Assembly: GCA_964355695.1 (NCBI GenBank)
Contig: CAYHFB010000001.1
Span: 1-40,152 of the forward strand
Origin: an uncultured candidatus Brocadiaceae bacterium
GTDB lineage: Bacteria; Planctomycetota; Brocadiia; Brocadiales; Brocadiaceae
Reading direction: 5' to 3'
Length of the DNA: 40,152 nucleotides
In this document: positions 7,553-16,700 of the stretch, in pieces
Numbering within the stretch: the first letter of the stretch is position 1
Layout of the letters: each line of letters begins with the position of its first letter
The notes under the pieces: generated by a model
Databases searched by the model: none
What the model saw: the letters and a program-made list of their open reading frames with translations, nothing else
What the model was told of the DNA's origin: nothing
Program-made: the position numbers and the translations under genes

Positions 7553-7696
7553 TTAAATTTGATTTGCTGATTTTAATGCTTTTTCTACTAACAGAACAAT
7601 TAAAGAAGAAACGCTACGCTTCTTATCTTCGGCAAGAATCTTTATCTTTTCCAAAATCGGTGTATCAAAAGTTAGCGTTATCCTTGTCTTTGCCAT
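7553..7696 (-). CDS. Ribbon-helix-helix (CopG/Arc-like) small DNA-binding protein
   Basis: I use the internal ATG at 7694-7696, giving MAKTRITLTFDTPILEKIKILAEDKKRSVSSLIVLLVEKALKSANQI (47 aa). The N-terminal beta-strand (RITLTF) followed by two helices is the RHH pattern. Its stop lies 4 nt from the GroEL start. The ORF-track start at 7744 adds a hydrophobic extension that covers the promoter-like box. Confidence 0.65.
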   Translation of the reverse strand: MAKTRITLTFDTPILEKIKILAEDKKRSVSSLIVLLVEKALKSANQI

Positions 7697-7712
7697 ATAT
7701 AAAAGCAATGCA

Positions 7713-7720
7713 CAAAAATA
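7713..7720 (-). promoter_or_regulatory. Candidate -7 promoter box (TATTTTTG) upstream of RHH-GroEL-GroES
   Basis: The minus strand reads TATTTTTG, which matches TAnnTTTG. There are 16 nt between the box and the RHH ATG. It lies in the 64-nt gap after the giant ORF stop. Confidence 0.4.
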
Positions 7721-7760
7721 CACAATCATACACAAGATATGCAAGAAATAGTTTTAAAGA

Positions 7761-10700
7761 TCAATTCCCGTACGCCCTTTTTTTGATTGCGTCCAACTTT
7801 TCTTTACGTTCTTTTTTAAGCTGCTTCAATCTTTCTCTATGAGGGTTGTCTCCGTATTTTAATTCATATAAAGCAGGGTTTAGTTGTTTTATGAATTCTT
7901 TGTCGGGAGAAGAAGAAGTGGTTTCTTTTTTATTTGTGCCCTCCTCTGCATTAATATATTCAACCATGCCGCTCTTAAACCACCCGTCAATAAAATCTTC
8001 TGCTTTTGGGGTTTTGCTTCTTTGCTCTGATCCAGAAATGCCACGATATATACTTTCAATATCGCGCGACATTCTCCATGGTAAAGGGGTGTTGAATTGA
8101 CTTCCAATGGCCTTACCTACTTTTGCCCCGCCTTTACCTTTATCTATCTCGTCTAAGCCTTTTATTAGGTTAGCTGCATCGTCATAAGCCGGAACTTTGT
8201 TGAATGTGGAGGCCAAATAATACGCAAGTTCATCATTTTCTAATGCTGTCGCTACAATAACCCATTCGGCAATGCCAAGATTTGCGTATTTTTTTGCCCA
8301 TGGATTTTTCTGTAACCATTCGTCATAATCATCGTCTGCCCCCGTAGCTTTAAATGCGATATATGTAAGCATTGAAGCTATGCCACCAAAAAGCATCCGT
8401 GCGTTTACGGCTCTGCTTTTCAGTCTATTTGTAAGATTGTTTTCTAAGGTCCTGCTATTCGCCTCGTCCGATAGGTCTATTTTTTTTGGCTGTGCTATAT
8501 TATAGAGGGCAGATATAAAATCAATTCCCGCTTTTTGAGCTTTTAAAACTGTCCAGTTAGTACCTCCTCCAACAAACGGATTCAAAATATTCCGTGTTCC
8601 GATTTGCATTATTGTGTACCATACCGCACTCCCCCATTCTTTATTTTTAGTAGCCTGTTTTAAGTTTGTTTCTATGCGACTATTTCCTGCCGTTAAAAAG
8701 GCTGAAATTGGATTATTAGCTTCATGCCCCATGTCATAACCTGCACTTGTATAAGCTGATTCATAAGCAGCCTTTAATTGCTTGGTCGTTACTTTGCCGT
8801 GCTGTAATAATGCTTGTCGGACAATATCGTTTGCCAACCTGTCAATGCTTTGTTGATTATCGGGAACTATTTGGGTTTTGCCATTGATTTTATCAATGGT
8901 TTCTTTTGCTAATACTTGTGCATCGGTAAAGTTTTGGCCTGTGAGTGTTTCCGAAATATAGCTTATTGCATCCCGCTTAGTCATTGCTCCGTTAGGATTA
9001 CTTGGGTGCGTTAAAATACGTGTTAAGTTCTGAACAAAATACATATCTGTAAGTAGTGATTTATACATAGCGTCCATAGCCTCCAAATGTCCACGTCCGA
9101 TTAACTCCGACATGATAGTATGATACAACTTACTGTCAGATTGCTTATTTATGTAGTCATCTAATTCGCCCTTGGTAATAAATGCCGAATTTGTTTCGCC
9201 AAAAAATGTAGCCCCATTCTGATAAATGTCCTTCATAATAGTTGTCATCATTTTTCGCCTGTGCTTCCTTAGTTCGGGAGAGCCTAACCCTTTTGCTAAC
9301 ATCGCTTGCAATGTGCTAATAGACGCTTGTGTTAACCCTGACAAAGGGTTTTCTATTCTTTGCTTGACAGTATTTAGCATCATCCTATTTGATACCTCCC
9401 AATATGCTTGCACAAACTTAGCAACCCTTAACTTGCCGGCTCCCTTTTGGTTTTTTAATTCCTCGTTTAGCGTTATCCTTATTTTGTTTTTAATTTCATT
9501 TATTCCGTGTTTTAGATTAAATGGATCTATTCTGCTTTCTCCAATTTTTGCACTATACAATTCTGATAACCCGCGAGCCAACTCTTTTAGTTTAAAAAAT
9601 GTTCCTTGACTAACATCGCTAATTCCCAATAGCTTATTAATAAGATAATCATAGGAATCAGGGTTTTGCTCAAACAGCCCGTAATTATACATTTCAGCTA
9701 ATCTCTGTGCGGCAGTTTTTTGATCTGCTGTTAATTTTTTTTGATTTCCCTTGTTTAATTCATTTGCCGATTTTTCAATAATAGACTGTCGCAAGCTATT
9801 GTATTCTTTCTGCAAAGCATCTGACATCCGCGCAATTTCACCATCGCTATATCCTTTGTCTTTAAGATAATTGGTTACATTGGCTTCTATGTTTTCGATA
9901 CTACCTTCTTCGCCTGCCAGCTTCTTCCAGTCAAGAATTGTTCGCTTTTCTTTCCCTGTTTTAGTTGTTACGGTTATTTCCCTTCCGAATCCTGCTTCGA
10001 TAAGTGCATCTTTTACTAACTTGCTTTTTATAGGGTCAATTTCATTTAATACTGCTAACCTTGCTTTCTTTTCCGCTTTAAGGGATTCTATTTGTGTGGT
10101 TGATAGGGGGTTCTTTTTACCTTCCGATTCGGCACGTTTCCCGTCATTTATTTGCTTGTCAATTTTTTCAATTTCATTTGTAAGTCGAGTTACAATAGCT
10201 TTTTCTGATTTGTCAATATCAGGGTCAATTTCATTTAATACTGCTAACCTTGCTTTCTTTTCGACCTGTAAACTTTTTAGTTCATCGTCTGCAACATCCT
10301 CTTTCCTTGCTATTAATTCACGCTTTTTGTTTTCGATTTGCTCGTTGATGTCATCAATGCTTTTCTTTATTCTTTCTTTCCTGTCTTGTAATCGTTGCTC
10401 TGGTGTTTTGGGTGTGTTTTGAGATTCGATTTCATTAAAGAAGTCAATGGCAGCCTGTTTGTTTTTTGCTTTCATTTCACCTTTTTCTACTAACTCTGAG
10501 ATAGTAGATTCTATGCTATTCCCTTGTTCTAATCCCTTTGCAACCTTTTCTGCTATTGCATCACGTTTTGCACTTTCAAAAATCAGGTCATACTTTTTGG
10601 CTACCTTTTTTCTATTTCCCTCCCGTATTCTATTAGCTTTTTCCTTAACTTCATCAGGAACATTGTTTATTTCAAACTCTTCTGCTTCCTTGTTTATTGA

Positions 10701-13700
10701 GTTTATATCTGATTCAACCGATTTTACAGTTTTTTTCCTTTGTGTAGCTTCGGAAGATGTAAACATTTCTTCCGTAACTTCGGTTATATCATATCCTACC
10801 CGTGCCATTTGTCGCAAAATACCATACCCGGTTGCAATGGCAGCAGCCCTCTGTTGTTTTGTAGAAATATCCCTTACTAATTTAAGTTGTTTTTCTAAGG
10901 TTAATTTATTTGATGGATTTTGTGCTATTTGGCGTTCTAAGTCCAATTCGAGAGAAATAAGAATCAAAGACCTTGTGTCTATATCCTTTGCCTGCACGTT
11001 TTCATCAAGGTACGCAAGTAGTTTGCTTACATAGTCGCTTCCAAATTCTACTTTGGCTGCTTCCACAACATCGAAACCGTGCTGTATCGCATCTAACCGA
11101 ACTGTGCGCTGATATTCTTTTTCTTCGGAGGTAAGTTCTCGCTTTGTTTCGCGTTCTATATTATTTAGGGTTTCTCTTATTTCGTCCGATTTAATATCTT
11201 TATTAACAAGTGAGGCAAAAGTATCAGTAACTTTTTCAACTATCGGCTCTGGCGAAACAGGCTTCGAAGCGGCTTCTTCCTCAATATTATTCGCCTTGTT
11301 AAACAAATCTTCAAGGTCTTTGTCGGTAACTCTGTTAAGATATTTTCCTGACACTCTCCGCATCTCGGCAATAAACGCTTGTACGCCTTTTCTTGCATAC
11401 CCTATGGCAATTTTACTCATTGCCGCAATCACTTCGGCAGGGATAGTGGTAATGTCGTACAGCTTGCCACCTTTACCTGTGATTAAATCTTTAAGTTGCT
11501 TCTTGCCTTGTGCTATTTGTTGGTCGGGGGTTAAGCCTTTTACCGATTCTCCCAAAGTTACTTTTGATTTGTCAAATACAACAAGCATACCTTCATCAAC
11601 ATCCCCGCTTAAATATGCCGAATCATACCCTTTGTCTTTTAAGTTAGCTGTTACTTCCTCTGCAAGATACTTCCCAAACCCATTAGCGTATGCCACTTCA
11701 AGACCTGCATCATCTAAACTTTTAGCTTCGGCAAATTCAGGATAATCGTTTATTTCAGGATTATCTTTGGCAAACTTTTCTTTTGCTCCTTGCAATGCTT
11801 CGTTTTGAAGAGTTATAAGTTCATCTGCGTTTTTTAATTGGTATGGGTTTTCAATGTCAACGGTAACAGACTTTACATCTTTTGCCATGTCAGCATATCT
11901 GTTTACGGCTTCGGTAGAAATAAATGTTCCTGCCATTTCGTTGTTACCCATGCCTGTTCCTATCGTACGGGTAAGTGGCTTGGATTTAATTTCGGAAATT
12001 AGCTTGCCTTTTTTCGTTGGCTCATTAACAATGTTAGTTCCTTTTGGTTCATTTGCTATGTTATTAATTTGTTCTTTTAATGCTTCTTCAACTTTTGCCC
12101 GTTTAAATTCAGGAAACATCCATGCTTTTTGATTATTGTTCCACGTTCCCCCAAGTTCTTTAATTTTGTCTTTTATTGCAAAAGTATCGCCGCGTACAAC
12201 AAATGCTTTTTCGGAGATGCTTTCTAATTGAACTCCTTTTGGTTTTTCGGGTTTAACTTCTCTTTCCTGTTTAGCCTCAGCTAATCCTTCTGCGGATTCT
12301 TTTATCTTCTGCCTGTCCACTTCTGACAATTCCCGACCTGCAACAATGCTTCTGATCGTTTCCTGTTTTTCGTCAGACCGCTTCTTCCGGTTTGCATCTG
12401 CCATATTCCCCTCAAAGAAATACGAGTTAATCTTTGCAGAGCTTTGAGTATTCCTTCTGCTTACCCTTCCGTAAAGTTGCTCGGTTTTGTTCCCGGAATA
12501 TTCACTTGTGGCAATATGCATTACCCTTGGCTTATCTCCAACCACATCATCTAAATTAATGCCTGTGCCGCCACTCTTAGTAGTCATAAGAACTACATCG
12601 GCTTTGCCTTGTTGGAATTTTTCGTTTTCTTTTATGCCCCCGTAAATTCGGGCAACAGAGATTCCTTCCCCAACAAGTCTTTTTGCAAGTTGGTGGAGCA
12701 ATGTTTCTTCTGCGGCTATTCCTTTTTCGTAAAACCCGTATTTACTGTCTTTTGTTCCGGCCTTGATAACATGTTTGCCTGAAAATTGAGCCACAACAAT
12801 ACTTTTCTTTCCTTCGGCTAAATCCTTTTTAACAGCATCGTACATTGTCTGTACTTTATCCTGTTCGTTTATCTTATCAAGATTGGCTAACTGAGCTTTG
12901 CGTTCTTCATATTTGAACTTATCAACGGCTTCTTTTGCCATACTGTAATATTGACCTGTTCCTGCCTCATAGTCTTTTTTGATTTTGTCGAATAACCCAT
13001 TAAACGCAAGTTTATTCCCTAAATCAGCTTTAAATGCACCAAACTCACCACCCTCTCTTTTCGGTGAAAGCATCGAGTTTACAATCCTACCAATGGCAAT
13101 ATTGTCAGCATTATCCAATCTGTTTGAATGTATTAAATCAATTTCATTGACTTGTTTTTTTGCCTTATCAGACATTTGAACCTGTTTGGCCTCCATTTCT
13201 CCATAGAAAGGATATTCACGCCTTAAAATACCTCCACCTTTTACCACCTCGCCTCTCAAAGCATCGGTCTTTTCGTAGTAGTCTTTCGGCCCCGTTGATG
13301 TTTTGGCGACAGCGTACATTTCACCATCCTTGCCTTTATGGTATTCAATATCTACACCTACTTCTTTCTGAATTTCTTTCGGTGTTCTGCCTGTTAGTTG
13401 AGAAAAAAAGAATATAGAATGTTCAATTTTATCATATGGAGTAGCAGTAGCAAATACATTGTGCTTTGACTCTACTTTTGATTGCTGAATTGACCTTGCA
13501 GCCATCGGGTTTTTAAGATTATGCGCTTCATCATATATAGCTACACCATAATCCCCCTTACCAATTTTACCTGCTGTCAAATCATAGTATGTTCCTATTT
13601 CCCATTTATCTGTATCAGAAATATCTATTCCTAATGCTTTGGCATCTTTGGCAAATGAATCATCTATGATTGCTTGGCTTTCGGTAACTATAAGAGTTTT

Positions 13701-16700
13701 TTTGCCCGTTTTTTTCTGCATTTCTGCGCCCATAACGAGTTGTTCTCTTGTTTTGCCTACACCAGCACCATCAGCAAGTAAAAATGCCTTGTGGCCGTTG
13801 TCAAAGCGGTCTATTGCAACATTAGCACCGAAACGCTGTGTTTCGTCAATGTCGTACTTCCCGGCTACAACATGCTCTTTTTTTGGAGTTGGTAGATTTG
13901 CTTCATCTGCAATTCTAATCGGGGGTCTTCGTCCGCCCGTTCCTCCACTTGCTCCAATAGGGGTTTGTCCGCCCTGAATATTTTGTGCTGCTCCCTTTTC
14001 GGGTACTTGTCCATTATATCCTGTGGAAGATGGATCGAATCTGTTAATTTCTGTGTCATTTGATATTGATGTTAAAACTTCTGTTGATAATATATTATTT
14101 GCCTTGAAATGTTTGAAGGCTTCCTTTAAATAAGGTATCCATTCATTCATTCCCTTTTCAGCAAGGTATTTTGCTATGTCTTCAATTTTATAATAACCTA
14201 CTTTAACTAATCTTCCTACAATCTCCGAAAGTTTATCTATTTTAGATAAACCGCCAACTGTAAAATCGGGTTTACCTAAGTCACCTAATAGGTCGTCTAT
14301 GGCATCAAGTTCAGCCTTTATTTTTTCGGTGTTACGTTCAAAGACAATTTTATCTTTTGGGGTTTCTCCAATCAGTTTGTCTGCTTCTTGGATTGGCTTT
14401 TCGACACCACTTTCAGGAACGTCTCCTTGCTTTTCGGCTTCATTGCGGATAAGATTAGCGATAACTTTAGGGCTTCCTTTGAGTTTCTTGTCGAGATACC
14501 GCCCAATGATGTCTGACTTGTCTGTCTGTTTGCCTGCAAAGAGGTCAAATTTTCCTGCTTCTTCATTGTATGAATTTATAAATTGTTTAAAACTTTCTTC
14601 CTTCCCTAATGCCATAGCAACTGCCAATTCTGATGCCGTTACATTCTTTTCAACAAGCAAATCTTCCTGTATGGCATATGCTTCTAATGTCTGCCCGTAA
14701 TTTCTTGCTTCCTGATTCATTTCAATAGCCCTCTCAACTTCATTTTGAAGGCTATTATCTCCCATTGCCCTATTTTTTATTAATGGAACTAAGGCTGCCA
14801 ATAATTTATTCTTAATGTCTCCATTGCCTTCTAATCCAAGCGTCCTGATAGCTTTTTCACTTAAAGCAGAACCTAACATCAATGACTTTAAAAATTCTAC
14901 ACCTTCTTTGGTTGCAACCAATCTTGATACATCAAAATATCGTGGCATTTCAGCAGAAACAAGTATTTTGTTGTCAAGAAACAGCTTCATTATTTCTTTG
15001 ACCTTCGACGGAGTACTTGTAACGTCACTCATGTTTTCAGCATTGCCAAAAATCAAAAACAAACTTTCCCGTACAGGATCTGTGATAGTTTTGCTAACTT
15101 CAATTGCCCTGTCAATAGGGGATTTTTCCTTTTTCTCTGTTACATTAAACTTTTTAAAAGTTTCGGTGGTGTAAGGCATATCGGTATCTGTTTCAAATAC
15201 CAGCATTGGATTTTTAACAGTATCAATTTCGTTGGGGTCAATACCATATGCTTCTGCGTTCTCCTTTAATGCTGCTAAATATTTAGCATCTGTACCATTT
15301 TTAGCAGCAAGTTTCCTTGACATTGTGCGGTTGTTCCCGTCTAAAACTATTCCATCTTTAGAAACGACTGGTGTTTGGTCAATGGCCTTATCATTGAGTT
15401 CTCCGGCTATTTTAATTACTTCTGATTGTGCGTTTTTGTCTTGCTTGTAATCCCTGTCGTTTGGAGTTGTTCCATCTTCCCGTACAGGGAAACCAACTGT
15501 TTGAGAAAACGTTTCTTCGTTGTGTGAAGCCAATACATCATCTGCCGAAACAACTTTGTACCGTCCTGTTATTTCTTCTCCATTGGCTATCGTCTTTGTT
15601 CGCTTCCGTCCTACAAGTTGGTTTTTCCCTTCTTTATAATTTTGCGTACCTACTTCTCTTTTCTTGATTTCTTCAAGTTCCTTTTCGGCCTTTTCTTTCA
15701 AAGCCTTTTTTTCGGCAATTTCTTTTGACCTTTGTTTTCGCTTTTCTTCGGTTGGCTTGTTATAGATAAACTGGAACTTACCTTCTGTTGTTTTTTCGGC
15801 ATATCCTAATCTAACCAACCTCTCCCAAAACGGTTTTCCTGCACTATCTGATAGTCTTTCAGACGACCTAAGAGGGTATCCTGTTTTTTCAATACTCTCT
15901 TTGTTTATTTTAATATAAAAATCCGTGCCAATCCCTTGTCTTTGAAGTCCCATTGGAACGATTGCCATGTGTATTATATATCCGTCTTTATTAGGTTCAA
16001 CAGAAAATACAGAATCATCGCCCCATCCTTTTATTTTATACGATATTATTTTAACACCATCCACTATCCGTTCTCCCGACATCTCAATCTCTGGCAACAC
16101 TTCGGCTTCTTTTTGGGTTTCTTTTGGTGTTTCTGCTTTGGGTGTTTCTTTGAGGGATTGTAATTTATGATCAACTGCCTGATTTATTTCTGGCCGCAAC
16201 CCCCCCGGCAATCCTTTTGCCGCTTCTGAAATATCGTTTAATTCTGTTTTGTCTGTACTTACATCTGCAACCGCCCTAAGAATATCCTTCTTCCTCATGG
16301 CATCCTTGGTTTCATTAAACTCTTTGCGCCATGTACCTTTACCTTTACCATCTGCAACCTGCGTAGGATTATTTTTTAACCCATGTTCCGCATCGGCTAT
16401 ATATTTTTTATATTCATCACTATTGTATATTTCATCCAACGCCTTTTTTCTTTCGGCATCATTTTCAATTAAGCTGGCTTTATTAATTTTATTTTCAATC
16501 ACATCTCCCCCTACACCAACACTAACCTTTTCTACTGATTCGGTCTGTTCAGTCTTTGTTTCGGTATCAGTTTTCTTGTTGACTGGCTTAACATCTGCTG
16601 TAACGTCTGTAGCCTTTGTAGTCGGCTTAACAACATCAGTTTCAATTGGTCTTTCGGTCTTAGGTTTTTCATCTAATTGTTCTTTAATTTTGTTTAAAAT

